DNA of 64,000 nucleotides from Candidatus Latescibacterota bacterium (GCA_965116885.1 OZ220741.1:2272001-2336000); one strand, 5' to 3'. Shown: positions 1 through 9,440, counted from the stretch's first letter. Made by a program: numbers and translations. Notes: generated by a model from the sequence alone, not told the origin.

Positions 1-509
1 TTTGTCCCGAGCCCACACTGTTTTTGTTTGGCGGGGGGCATGTGTCCTTTGCCATCGCGCAGATCGCGCATTCGGTTGGGTTTCGGATTGTGGTTATTGA
101 CGACCGGCCCATGTTTGCCAACAAAGAGCGGTTCCCCATGGCGAGTGAAACGCTGACGCTGGAGATGGAGACGGCTTTTGATCATTTAATTGTTGACGAT
201 TTGTCTTATGTGGTGGCTGTGACGCGCGGGCACCAGCACGACAAGCCGGTTATTGAGCAGGCGATTAATACCCAGGCGGCGTATGTCGGTATGATTGGCA
301 GCCGTCGGAAGATCGCATTGATGTGGAAAGAATTTGAAGCCAAAGGCATTCCGCGAGAAAAATTGGATGCGGTTCACGCGCCGATTGGATTGGATATCGG
401 CGCAGATACGCCCGAAGAAATCGCCGTGAGTATTGTGTCAGAACTCATTCGGGTGCGCCGGTCACAGGGGAAACCCATTCATCGGGGTATGTCGCTGTCA
501 TCGGTGTGA
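1..509 (+). CDS. XdhC/CoxI family protein, C-terminal Rossmann domain (5' partial)
   Basis: Frame is open to the window edge (CPEPTLFLFGGGH). Motifs VIDDR, VTRGHQHD, YVGMIGSRRK and APIGLDIGADTPEEIAVSI are typical of XdhC_C. Confidence 0.9.
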   Translation, partial: CPEPTLFLFGGGHVSFAIAQIAHSVGFRIVVIDDRPMFANKERFPMASETLTLEMETAFDHLIVDDLSYVVAVTRGHQHDKPVIEQAINTQAAYVGMIGSRRKIALMWKEFEAKGIPREKLDAVHAPIGLDIGADTPEEIAVSIVSELIRVRRSQGKPIHRGMSLSSV

Positions 510-643
510 GGTTAGCTAATGGTTTATTGTCGGGGGAGAACAAGGAGGTGATGTAGTAGCGACATAGCTGAGAACAATTTATGTGAGGGGGATGAACGTC
601 TTTTAAGTCTGGTTTTCGAAATTATTTCTGAAGGGAGTTAACC

Positions 644-3532
644 ATGACAAGATGGATAATCGCACTTGTTGCGATGTCGTTTTTATCCGCATCGGCAATG
701 GCCGGGGTGACGGGTAAAATTGCGGGTCAGATTGTTGACAAAGACGACGGTGGCGGATTGCCCGGTGCCAATGTGGTGGTTCTGGGGCTGCACAGTGTCT
801 TTGGTGCGATATCAGATACCGAAGGCAATTTTGTAATTTTGAATGTGCCAGCAGGTACTTTTGACGTAAAATGCAGCTTTATCGGGTATCGCGACGTGGT
901 GATTAAAGGCATCAAAGTATTGCCCGATTTGACCACCGAAGTAGATTTTGTGCTCACTGAACAAGTTCTGGAAGCCGAAGCTATCGAAGTGGTGGCGGTT
1001 CGTCCGCTGGTGCAGAAAGACAAGACCAGCTCGATGCGCCTCGTAACCAGCGAAGAACTCGAGTATATGCCGGTTCGCGGGTATGCAGCGGCCACGTCCT
1101 TGCAGGCGGGGGTGACGAACCGGAACGGCACACTTTATATACGCGGTGGGCGGTTTGCAGAGGTCGATTACATTGTAGATGGGGTATCGCAGAAGGATTT
1201 GCAATTTGGCTCATCGACCACGACCCTGAGCAATGGTGCTATAGATCAGGTATCTGTAATTGTGGGTGGGTTTGAAGCGGAGTACGGGCGCGTAATGTCT
1301 GGCGTTGTCAAGGTGGTGACGCGCGAAGGCGGGCAGAACTATTCGGGTTCTGTGGAACATATCACCGATGAGATGAATGACCGCAGTTGGATCGGTGCGC
1401 CTTCTTATGGGTATAACACGACCGATGCGACACTGGGTGGTCCTCTCATTCCCGGGACAAACGGGCCTTCGTTTTTTGTCTCTGGAGAACGCGTTGATCG
1501 CCTCGACCGCAGCCCGAAGTGGGGAGTGGAAGTCCACGAATGGGAAAAAGACCTGTTGTCACAGGAAGAGTACGATTTGCTCAGCGAGGGCATATTGCCG
1601 CACTATACGCTCGAAAGATGGGGCTGGCAGGGTAAGCTCTCGTTGCGATTGTCCGACGAAATCGATCTGAAAGCCGGGCTTGTAGGCTCAAAAACGGATC
1701 GCTTGAGCTATATTCACTCGTATCGCTATAATTTGCGGCATGCGCCGCGTGTAAAAAGAAATAACTATTCGGCGTTTGCTCGCGTGACCTACACGCTCGG
1801 CGCAAAGACCTTCTTCACCTTGCAAACAAGTATGTTCGACCAGAATTTCAAGGCGGGCGATGGGGTTCATTTCGACAATTTGCACGACTATGCCCGTCCC
1901 CAGGGCAATCCGCGTTATGACGCGGAAAGTTTGTTTGCACGGGGCGATGTGGATTCCACTGAGATTACACAGACAACGGAAACCATCAATGACCGCTCTA
2001 TAACGTATTTTGAAGGCGATGAAGGGCGCATATATAATAGCTTTGAGCAAAGTAGCTCATTTTATCTTACGCCTATCGATTTTGATTTGACCAGTCAGGT
2101 CAGCCGCAATCACCAGTTCAAGCTCGGTTTTGATGTGCAGATGCATCGGTTGCGTTATTATCGTCATCTGGTCCCCAGTTTGATCTTTCGCGGTCCATTT
2201 GTCAGCCCAGATGACAGGGGTGGCTTTCAGGATGTGAACCGCTACGGGTATGATTACAACTGGAATAATCAGGTAATCGAGCCTCTGGATTCGACCCGCG
2301 ACGCGCTAAAAGAACCCATTTTGGCTTCTTTTTACGTGCAGGACAAGATGGAATACGACGGGTTGATCATCAATGCGGGAATTCGGTACGATTATTTGAA
2401 TGCGAGTACCGATGTGCTGGCGAATGAAGGTGTGCCATTGGGAGGCGATTCCACGCTGGATCCATCGGATCTGGCAGGCAACAGCGTGTATCACAAGATC
2501 AGCCCGCGCCTGGGCGTTGGGTTTCCCGTTACAGATAAGACCGTGTTTCACATGAATTACGGCATTTTTTACCAGCAACCCAAGCTGGAAGACCTGTATG
2601 TAGGTCTGGATTATCTGGAATACAAAGCGCCTTTGGGGGGATATTATTTTGCCTTTGGCAATCCGAATCTCAGGCCGGAAAAAACCACGGCTTACGAAGT
2701 GGGTGCGGTACAGCAGATGGGCGATCATGCCAGTATCGATGTCACTGCTTATTACAAAGCTGTGGAAAACCTCGTTCAGGTGACGACCATTCCGTCTGAT
2801 CCCGCGGCTTTTGCCTCGTTCCGCAACACCGATTACGGAACCATCAAGGGGTTGGACTTTGGTTTGCTCATGCGGCGCACAGGGCGCACGACAGCACGTC
2901 TGTCTTATTCACTGGCTTATGCGACGGGCACGGGATCATCGCCACAAACTCAGCGGCGGATCGCCTGGACATTCCAACCCGGCGTGACCGAGCCGCCCAA
3001 ATCGACCTCACCGCTCGACTTTGATCAACGCCACAAAATTTCGGCATCAATCGACTATCGCTTTGTAGATAAAGACGGCCCGAGGTTCCTGGGTGGTTAT
3101 CCGCTATCCAATGCCGGAATCAATGTGTTGTTCGAAGCTGGGAGTGGGTTCCCCTATACCCCCACGTTTACGTATAATGAAGTGACCACAGGGGCTTCTT
3201 CGTCACGTCCTTCGGGGCCGGTGAATTCCAGCTATGGTCCCTGGACATTCAGGACCGATATGAAGGCGAATAAGCGCTTCAAAATTATAGGGCTTCAGGG
3301 CGACCTGTACGTGTGGGTGCTCAATTTGTTCAACCGCGCCAATGCAACCAGTCCCGTGTATTCGAGCACGGGCAACCCGACGACTTCGGGCTGGTTGAAC
3401 ACAGACGAAGGCCGCGAATTTGTGGCTCGCTTTGGTCAACTGGGCGAAGACAAATACAAGCTCAAAGAGAAAAGCCCATTCAACTTTGGCACGCCGCGGC
3501 AGGTTCGCTTCGGACTCGCGCTCAGCTTCTAA
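644..3532 (+). CDS. TonB-dependent receptor with N-terminal carboxypeptidase-regulatory-like domain
   Basis: Signal peptide; GKIAGQIVD..LPGANV N-domain; plug motifs YIRGGR..YIVDG and GGFEAEYG; barrel motifs SPRLG and GNPNLRPEKT; C-terminal PRQVRFGLALSF. Confidence 0.92.
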   Translation: MTRWIIALVAMSFLSASAMAGVTGKIAGQIVDKDDGGGLPGANVVVLGLHSVFGAISDTEGNFVILNVPAGTFDVKCSFIGYRDVVIKGIKVLPDLTTEVDFVLTEQVLEAEAIEVVAVRPLVQKDKTSSMRLVTSEELEYMPVRGYAAATSLQAGVTNRNGTLYIRGGRFAEVDYIVDGVSQKDLQFGSSTTTLSNGAIDQVSVIVGGFEAEYGRVMSGVVKVVTREGGQNYSGSVEHITDEMNDRSWIGAPSYGYNTTDATLGGPLIPGTNGPSFFVSGERVDRLDRSPKWGVEVHEWEKDLLSQEEYDLLSEGILPHYTLERWGWQGKLSLRLSDEIDLKAGLVGSKTDRLSYIHSYRYNLRHAPRVKRNNYSAFARVTYTLGAKTFFTLQTSMFDQNFKAGDGVHFDNLHDYARPQGNPRYDAESLFARGDVDSTEITQTTETINDRSITYFEGDEGRIYNSFEQSSSFYLTPIDFDLTSQVSRNHQFKLGFDVQMHRLRYYRHLVPSLIFRGPFVSPDDRGGFQDVNRYGYDYNWNNQVIEPLDSTRDALKEPILASFYVQDKMEYDGLIINAGIRYDYLNASTDVLANEGVPLGGDSTLDPSDLAGNSVYHKISPRLGVGFPVTDKTVFHMNYGIFYQQPKLEDLYVGLDYLEYKAPLGGYYFAFGNPNLRPEKTTAYEVGAVQQMGDHASIDVTAYYKAVENLVQVTTIPSDPAAFASFRNTDYGTIKGLDFGLLMRRTGRTTARLSYSLAYATGTGSSPQTQRRIAWTFQPGVTEPPKSTSPLDFDQRHKISASIDYRFVDKDGPRFLGGYPLSNAGINVLFEAGSGFPYTPTFTYNEVTTGASSSRPSGPVNSSYGPWTFRTDMKANKRFKIIGLQGDLYVWVLNLFNRANATSPVYSSTGNPTTSGWLNTDEGREFVARFGQLGEDKYKLKEKSPFNFGTPRQVRFGLALSF

Positions 3533-3547
3533 ATGGGAGATCAGGAC

Positions 3548-6500
3548 ATGAAAAGCTTTTTGAATATTTTGACGCTGGCTTTGATGAGCGTGAGCATGGT
3601 CGGCACTGCACTGGCTGTATCGCCCACGCAAAAGCCGCGATTGGGTAAAATTAGCACTGATCAATTCTTCGATGTGAACAATATTTCAATGAGAGTGACA
3701 AACCAGGGATCATTTGCCTTTGATCCCGCGACCGGGGGGCCGGGCCTTGAATTTCCCAAGGGCACGGGCAAAACCGCAGTCTATGCCGCCGGTCCGTGGA
3801 TTGCGGGCAAGGTCAATGGCGAGATTCGCGTGGCGATTGCCGAGTATTCGTTTGAGTATGCACCCGGGCCAATTTTGCCCGACGGCACGCCTGCTGACCC
3901 ACAACTCGACCGCTATCGGGTGTATAAGATCAACAAAGGCGATAGCATGGAAAACCCGGATTACGCGCAGTGGCCGGTTGAAGACGGTGCGCCGGTCAAT
4001 CCCGACGGCACGCCGATGGTGCTGGGCGATCAGACGCTGTGGGCGGTGTATAACGATGCCGATCCCGGTGTTCATGTCAATATGCAGACCGCGCCTTTGG
4101 GCCTTGAAATACAGCAGACGACATTTGGGTTCGACCGCACGGGTCCACTGGGCAATGTGGTATTCGTCAAATTTTTGATCATCAACAAGGGTGGCAATAC
4201 CATCGATAGCACGTATGTGTCGCTGTGGTCTGATCCCGATCTGGGGCAGTTCGATAACGATCTGGTGGGCTGCGATGTGGAGACCAGCTTTGGGTTTTGT
4301 TATAACGGGTCAAACGTAGATGCGCAGTACGGTTCGTCACCTCCGGCCGTGGGGTATGACTTTTTCAAGGGTCCGATTGGCGACGACGGTGTGGAATTGC
4401 CGATGACGTCGTTTAACAAATACATCAATGGCACGGATCCTCGTACTGCATTAGAGACCTATAATTATATGAAGGGTCTTGATCCAGATGGCGGCGTGGC
4501 CGATCACACCGATCCGATTACGGGGCAGGTGAAGGCTTTTATGGTCGATGGAGATCCGGTTACGGGTACGGGTTGGCTTGACGAAAACCCGGCTGATCGC
4601 CGCTTGATGCTCACGGCGGGTCCGTTTACTTTTGCGCCCGGCGATACACAGGAAGTGGTAGGTGCCATTATTATAGGGCAAGGTCAAGATCGTCTCACGT
4701 CGATTACGGCTGCGCGTTTTAACGATACATTTGCACAATCGGCTTTTGATGCCAATTTTGAATTGCCATCGCCTCCGCCTGCACCCAAAGTATCCGTGGG
4801 GGTAACGGGCGATCACGGGGGCAATGGCAAAATTCAGTTGACCTGGGGTGATGACTCAGAAGTCGCTTCGGGCGATTATGCATTTGAAGGTTATAATGTG
4901 TACCAGGGCGAGTCGGTTGCGGGTCCCTGGCGGCGTCTTGTGACTTATGACGTGGTCAATGGTTCGGCCATTATTTTTGACTATGAATTCAATGAAAGTG
5001 CCGGTGTGGTGGTCAATTCGCCCGTGCAATTTGGCGGTGACTCGGGCATTCGGCGCTTTATCGAACTGACCGAGGATAAAATTTCGGGCGGTAGGCTGGT
5101 GACGGGTAAAACCTATTATTTTGCGGTGACAGCCTATTCGTTGAATGAGAACAGGTCGCCCAGAACACTCGAGACATCCATCACACCTCTGGCTGATGGG
5201 CGCATGACGTTTAAGCCTCTTTCGGATGAGATGATTCCAGCCAATGGCATTGTGCCACGCGGACCCATTGCGGGTACGCGCTTCAATACCGTGGAGGTGG
5301 ATAGTGTCGTAGAGCACACATCGGGCGTAAGCGATGGTATTGTGGCTGTGGAGGTGGTTGACGATACACAGGTTACGGGCGCGTCTTACGAAGTGCGCTT
5401 CCGCGATACCGAGGCCGGAACAGTGTGGGATCTGATCAATCTGTCGAGTGGTCAGGCGGTGCTTTCAGATATGGAGCAGCACGCAAATATAGATGATGCG
5501 ATTACCAATCCAATTGTCGAGGGTCTGCTCGTGCGCGTGACAGGTCCTCCTCTCGGCATGAAAGATTGGGATATTCCATCGGGCGAGCGGTGGATAACCC
5601 CGGCGAATGCCAATCCCCATTTGGCTGGTTTTTCTTCTGAAGGCTTCGGTGGTGGGATAACGGGCGATGTTGCCCATAGTTGGTTTGGTCCCACGAGTGT
5701 GTCGCCTGCGCGTTTGGTCAATGTAGAATTGCGATTTTCGAGTGTGATTGAGGATGATGGCGAAGATCAGTACAAACCCCTTGACCTGACGAATCCCAAT
5801 GTGTCGTGGGGATATCGGTATTTGCGCAGTGCGGGCAGACCTGCACCCGCTCCCGATGAACTAACTCTGTCCAAAGTGCCTTATGACTGGAGTGATTACA
5901 TCGTCAATACAGAAGGTCCGGGTGTTTATGTGTATCAAGACCGGAGGCCCGTTGCACTGTCGGCATGGGATGTTGAAAATAATCGGCGTCTTGAAGTGGG
6001 TTGGCTGGAAAACAATCTGCCCAGCGGCCTGGTCAATGGGGCCTGGGGCCCGCCATTTTACGAAGATGTGCCCCATACGTTTGTCGCCCGTGAGTGGCTG
6101 TTCATTTTTGATCGGGATTATACCGAGCGGGATGATGATTCGAATTTGGCGGAGTTGTCTCAGGGCTTGATCAACGATGCGCCGGCACCGCCCATTATGT
6201 ATATCCTTTTTGTTAATCGCCGCGCGTTAGATCGGTTCCCGCAGGATGGCGATTCGTTTTTGATGATCGCCAATAAAATCAATACTCCCAACGATGTGTT
6301 TTCATTTAGCACGCAGGGGACTCTCCGCGATGATCAAGAGATGGCGGTGGAGGATTTGACAAAAATTCTGGCGGTGCCCAATCCGTATCTGGGACGTTCG
6401 TCTTATGAATTTAGCTCTCTTGCACGCCAGATGCGTTTTACCAATCTGCCCGCGCAATGCACGATCCGAATTTTCAGTCTGTCGGGCGATCTGGTGCGAA

Positions 6501-6670
6501 CGATTGAGCACAACAACGGTCTGTCGTTTGATACCTGGGATCTGAAAACAGATCAGGGTGTGCTGGTTGCCAGCGGCATTTATATCGCGCATTTTGACGC
6601 GCCAAATATCGGTACGCATTTTATTAAGTGCGCGGTGTTCATGGAAGCTGAGACGCTGAACTCATTTTAA
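3548..6670 (+). CDS. Large secreted protein with FN3-like module and T9SS type A-like/FlgD-like C-terminal domain
   Basis: Signal peptide from ATG 3548. C-terminus reads VPNPY..RFTNLP..IRIFSLSGDLVRTI..WDL..VASGIY; FN3-like IQLTW..GYNVY..YYFAVTAY. Confidence 0.8.
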   Translation: MKSFLNILTLALMSVSMVGTALAVSPTQKPRLGKISTDQFFDVNNISMRVTNQGSFAFDPATGGPGLEFPKGTGKTAVYAAGPWIAGKVNGEIRVAIAEYSFEYAPGPILPDGTPADPQLDRYRVYKINKGDSMENPDYAQWPVEDGAPVNPDGTPMVLGDQTLWAVYNDADPGVHVNMQTAPLGLEIQQTTFGFDRTGPLGNVVFVKFLIINKGGNTIDSTYVSLWSDPDLGQFDNDLVGCDVETSFGFCYNGSNVDAQYGSSPPAVGYDFFKGPIGDDGVELPMTSFNKYINGTDPRTALETYNYMKGLDPDGGVADHTDPITGQVKAFMVDGDPVTGTGWLDENPADRRLMLTAGPFTFAPGDTQEVVGAIIIGQGQDRLTSITAARFNDTFAQSAFDANFELPSPPPAPKVSVGVTGDHGGNGKIQLTWGDDSEVASGDYAFEGYNVYQGESVAGPWRRLVTYDVVNGSAIIFDYEFNESAGVVVNSPVQFGGDSGIRRFIELTEDKISGGRLVTGKTYYFAVTAYSLNENRSPRTLETSITPLADGRMTFKPLSDEMIPANGIVPRGPIAGTRFNTVEVDSVVEHTSGVSDGIVAVEVVDDTQVTGASYEVRFRDTEAGTVWDLINLSSGQAVLSDMEQHANIDDAITNPIVEGLLVRVTGPPLGMKDWDIPSGERWITPANANPHLAGFSSEGFGGGITGDVAHSWFGPTSVSPARLVNVELRFSSVIEDDGEDQYKPLDLTNPNVSWGYRYLRSAGRPAPAPDELTLSKVPYDWSDYIVNTEGPGVYVYQDRRPVALSAWDVENNRRLEVGWLENNLPSGLVNGAWGPPFYEDVPHTFVAREWLFIFDRDYTERDDDSNLAELSQGLINDAPAPPIMYILFVNRRALDRFPQDGDSFLMIANKINTPNDVFSFSTQGTLRDDQEMAVEDLTKILAVPNPYLGRSSYEFSSLARQMRFTNLPAQCTIRIFSLSGDLVRTIEHNNGLSFDTWDLKTDQGVLVASGIYIAHFDAPNIGTHFIKCAVFMEAETLNSF

Positions 6671-6696
6671 CGAACCGCTGAATGGAGGAATAACTT

Positions 6697-7752
6697 ATGT
6701 TCAGGCAGATGATCTTTCTGTTTGCCGCGCTGGCATTGATTGCTCAGGATGCCCGTGCAGGCGATGAGAGCCGCATCGGCACAGCCGCAGCACAAGAGTT
6801 GCGCATTCCAATTGGATCGCGCGGTACAGCACTTGGGGGTGCCATACTGGCTCATGTAAAAGGTGCGGAGGCATTGCAGTGGAATCCTTCGGGATTGGTA
6901 TTTGGAACGCATAAGCGCGAAGCCGTATTTTCATATCTGGATTATATCGCGGATATGAATGTGAATTATTTTGCGATTACTACACGTCTAAGGGACGATA
7001 TTTCGGTGGGGATCAGTGCCCGCGTGTTTGCGGTGGGCGATATTATTGTGACGACCGAGGAATCGCCCGAAGGCACGGGTGAGATACTTTCGCCGAGGTT
7101 TTCGTGTGTGACATTTACGTATTCGCAATTGTTGACAGATCGCGTGTCGTTTGGCACCACGATTAAATATATCCACGAGGCGATTAAGCGAGAGGTCGCC
7201 AATGGTCTGGCGTTTGATTTTGGTTTCCAGTACAAAACCGCACTCAAAGGTTTGACGCTGGGTATTGCCATGCGAAACTATGGTCCAGACCTGCGGTTTG
7301 ATGGTCCGGATTTGGATCGGGTGGTGAAATTGCAAGACGCGGTTCCAGAGGCTGATCCTCAAGCTGGGTCGCGCACTTTTCGCACGTCGCTGGCAGCCGC
7401 CGAGTTGCCCACGTCCATAGAAATTGGTTTTTCCTATAATTTCTATGAAGACGCGCTGGGCAAGGCCATTTTTTCTGCGACCTTCCGCAATAATAATCTG
7501 GCGACTGATGAGTATCAGGCTGGCGTTGAGTATTCGATGAAGCAAGTTCTTCAGTTGCGCGGAGGGTATGTGACGTCTCCAACGGGCGATGCCCTGCCCA
7601 ACGGGTTTAAGAAGGAATATATTCTGGGCCCGACGTTTGGATTTGGTCTAAATGTGCCCATGGGCAATATGGCTTTTCAAGTGGATTATGCCTATGGCAG
7701 AACCGAGTACTTTCAGGATAATCATTGGGTGACTGTAGGGCTTGGGTTCTGA
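6697..7752 (+). CDS. PorV/PorQ family (FadL-like) outer-membrane beta-barrel
   Basis: Signal peptide; ELRIPIGSRGTALGGA..WNPSG signature; ends GLGF; SD GGAGG upstream. Confidence 0.85.
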   Translation: MFRQMIFLFAALALIAQDARAGDESRIGTAAAQELRIPIGSRGTALGGAILAHVKGAEALQWNPSGLVFGTHKREAVFSYLDYIADMNVNYFAITTRLRDDISVGISARVFAVGDIIVTTEESPEGTGEILSPRFSCVTFTYSQLLTDRVSFGTTIKYIHEAIKREVANGLAFDFGFQYKTALKGLTLGIAMRNYGPDLRFDGPDLDRVVKLQDAVPEADPQAGSRTFRTSLAAAELPTSIEIGFSYNFYEDALGKAIFSATFRNNNLATDEYQAGVEYSMKQVLQLRGGYVTSPTGDALPNGFKKEYILGPTFGFGLNVPMGNMAFQVDYAYGRTEYFQDNHWVTVGLGF

Positions 7753-7770
7753 CTTGTAAGGCGGTAAATC

Positions 7771-7808
7771 AAAAAGCTCAGAGATCGCAATGATTTCTGA
7801 GCTTTTTT
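7771..7808. terminator. Bidirectional intrinsic terminator
   Basis: AAAAAGCTCAGAGATC-GCAAT-GATTTCTGAGCTTTTT between convergent genes. Confidence 0.9.
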
Positions 7809-7817
7809 GTATGTACT

Positions 7818-8831
7818 TTAGCAGTTGTAATATTCTTTGATCTTGCGCTGGAGGGTGCGAAGGCTAATGCCCAGCCTTTTTGCTGCATGTGTGCGGTTGC
7901 CATTGACGCGGTTGAGGGTGTAGTCTATGATGAGTTTTTCAACGGTGTGTAGGGATAGTCCTTCGAGCATGCTCAAATCGATGTTCACAGCATTTGAATC
8001 CTCGCGCTGAGGCGTATAAATATCGGAGGGCAGATCAGTCGGTAATATGGTGTCTCTTTTGACCATAACGGCGAGACGTTCGAGGATATTCTTGAGTTCG
8101 CGCACGTTGCCTGGCCATGAATAGGTCATGAGATACAGGATCGTCTCGGGAGCGAGTTCTTTAGGTGCGAGGTCGTTGTCCTGAGCAAAGTTTTTGAGAA
8201 AATTGGTTGCCAGTGCGGGGATGTCTTCGGGATGTAGCCGCAAAGGGGGCATATCAATGTGAAGGACATTGAGGCGATAGTAGAGATCTTCGCGGAATGA
8301 GCCATTGGCAACGGCCTTTTTGAGGTCGATATTTGTGGCGGCAATAATCCGCACATCGATTTCGATAGGGTCTGTACTGCCCACGCGTACTATCTGTTGG
8401 CTTTCAAGAACACGCAGCCACTTGGCCTGTACGTCAAGGGAGAGGTCGCCGATTTCATCGAGAAATAGAGTGCCGCGATGGGCTGCTTCAAACACACCTT
8501 GCCGGGTTGTGGTCGCGTTGGTAAAAGCCCCTTTAATATGGCCAAAAAGATGACTTTCGGTCAGATCGCGGGGAATCGCAGAACAATTTACGGCAATAAA
8601 AGGGTGGTCGGCTCTGGGGCCAGTTTCGTGGAGTGTTTTTGCAGCCAGTTCTTTGCCTGTACCGCTTTCTCCTGTGATGAGCACAGTTGTCTTAAAAGGA
8701 GCAAGGTATTGAATCTGGTCTCTGATTTTCGCTATGCAGGTCGATGCACCTTGAAGCAAGTGTTCTGTTTTGTCCTTTGCGTTTTCGTTCTGCTCATCTC
8801 TGGGTTCAGTAATCAGTATCTGTGTTTTCAT
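7818..8831 (-). CDS. Sigma54-dependent enhancer-binding protein (AAA+ and Fis HTH) lacking an N-terminal sensor domain
   Basis: Walker A GESGTGKE, GAFTNA loop, Walker B LFLDEIGD, FREDLYYRLNV, WPGNVREL, HTH GNRTHAAKRLGISLRTL. Confidence 0.93.
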   Translation of the reverse strand: MKTQILITEPRDEQNENAKDKTEHLLQGASTCIAKIRDQIQYLAPFKTTVLITGESGTGKELAAKTLHETGPRADHPFIAVNCSAIPRDLTESHLFGHIKGAFTNATTTRQGVFEAAHRGTLFLDEIGDLSLDVQAKWLRVLESQQIVRVGSTDPIEIDVRIIAATNIDLKKAVANGSFREDLYYRLNVLHIDMPPLRLHPEDIPALATNFLKNFAQDNDLAPKELAPETILYLMTYSWPGNVRELKNILERLAVMVKRDTILPTDLPSDIYTPQREDSNAVNIDLSMLEGLSLHTVEKLIIDYTLNRVNGNRTHAAKRLGISLRTLQRKIKEYYNC

Positions 8832-8951
8832 AGACCTCCTCGCGATAGGAGATGGTGTTTGGGTAGCTTTGTTAGTAAATGTTTACTATTGCTTAGACTA
8901 TACTGTACTTGTTTGGTTCCGCACTGAATTGAAAATTTTCCCTGAGCCTTG

Positions 8952-8984
8952 AGGCGCGATCTGTTTTTTGATCGCGCCTTTTTT
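8952..8984 (+). terminator. Terminator-like hairpin with no annotated + strand gene upstream
   Basis: AGGCGCGATC-TGTTTTTT-GATCGCGCCT followed by a T-run. Confidence 0.6.
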
Positions 8985-8993
8985 GTTTTCAGG

Positions 8994-9028
8994 GCGACAC
9001 TATGACGCACTTGGCGACATTCTGACGC
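8994..9028. promoter_or_regulatory. Tandem palindromic boxes, candidate enhancer (UAS) for the adjacent activator
   Basis: GCGACA-CTA-TGACGC (8994-9008) and GCGACA-TTC-TGACGC (9014-9028), 20 bp apart. Confidence 0.65.
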
Positions 9029-9176
9029 GGTTAGCGCGGTTGATTCTTCCCGTGTTTTAAAAAATAAAAATAATTTTTACGCTCAAGACAGTGTATAGAG
9101 TTGGCTTAAAAACCCGTGAGTAATTGCTTAGATATTTTGATAGACTTTTGCTGATTTCATGGGTGATTTGTCTATA

Positions 9177-9189
9177 AATCAATGAGTTA
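9177..9189 (+). promoter_or_regulatory. IHF-binding site
   Basis: AATCAATGAGTTA matches the consensus WATCAANNNNTTR exactly and lies between the UAS and the sigma54 promoter. Confidence 0.6.
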
Positions 9190-9308
9190 GACATATATAA
9201 AAAAGATCTATGTGTATCGAAAAACGCCAGGGCAAAAAGATATTTCACATTTGCGCCCTGGGCGATTGAAAAAAATTAAGTGAATCCCAGTGCTCTTAAA
9301 GCAAGAAC

Positions 9309-9324
9309 TGGCACTCATTTTGCT
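9309..9324 (+). promoter_or_regulatory. Sigma54 (-24/-12) promoter
   Basis: TGGCACTCATTTTGCT with GG-N10-GC spacing; predicted +1 near 9335. Confidence 0.85.
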
Positions 9325-9334
9325 TAAGGTATGA

Positions 9335-9440
9335 CTGATGTTTGATGACATCTTTGCTACCAGGCGAGCACTGCTATGGAGAAGTGCTGACCTTTAGCAA
9401 AATCGTGTGAGGGGGGAGACGCACCCCCCTCACATATTAA
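9335..9440 (+). ncRNA. Candidate structured 5' leader or sRNA
   Basis: Three consecutive hairpins at 9337-9352, 9353-9401 and 9406-9434 (the last an 11-bp perfect stem). Confidence 0.35.

Noticed and set aside
644..7752. Classical SusC/SusD polysaccharide utilisation locus
   Set aside because: No SusD-like lipoprotein and no recognisable glycoside hydrolase.
7818..8831. Naming the activator pspF
   Set aside because: It lacks the Trp of the PspA-binding loop, has an HTH unlike PspF, and sits beside different enhancer boxes from pspA.
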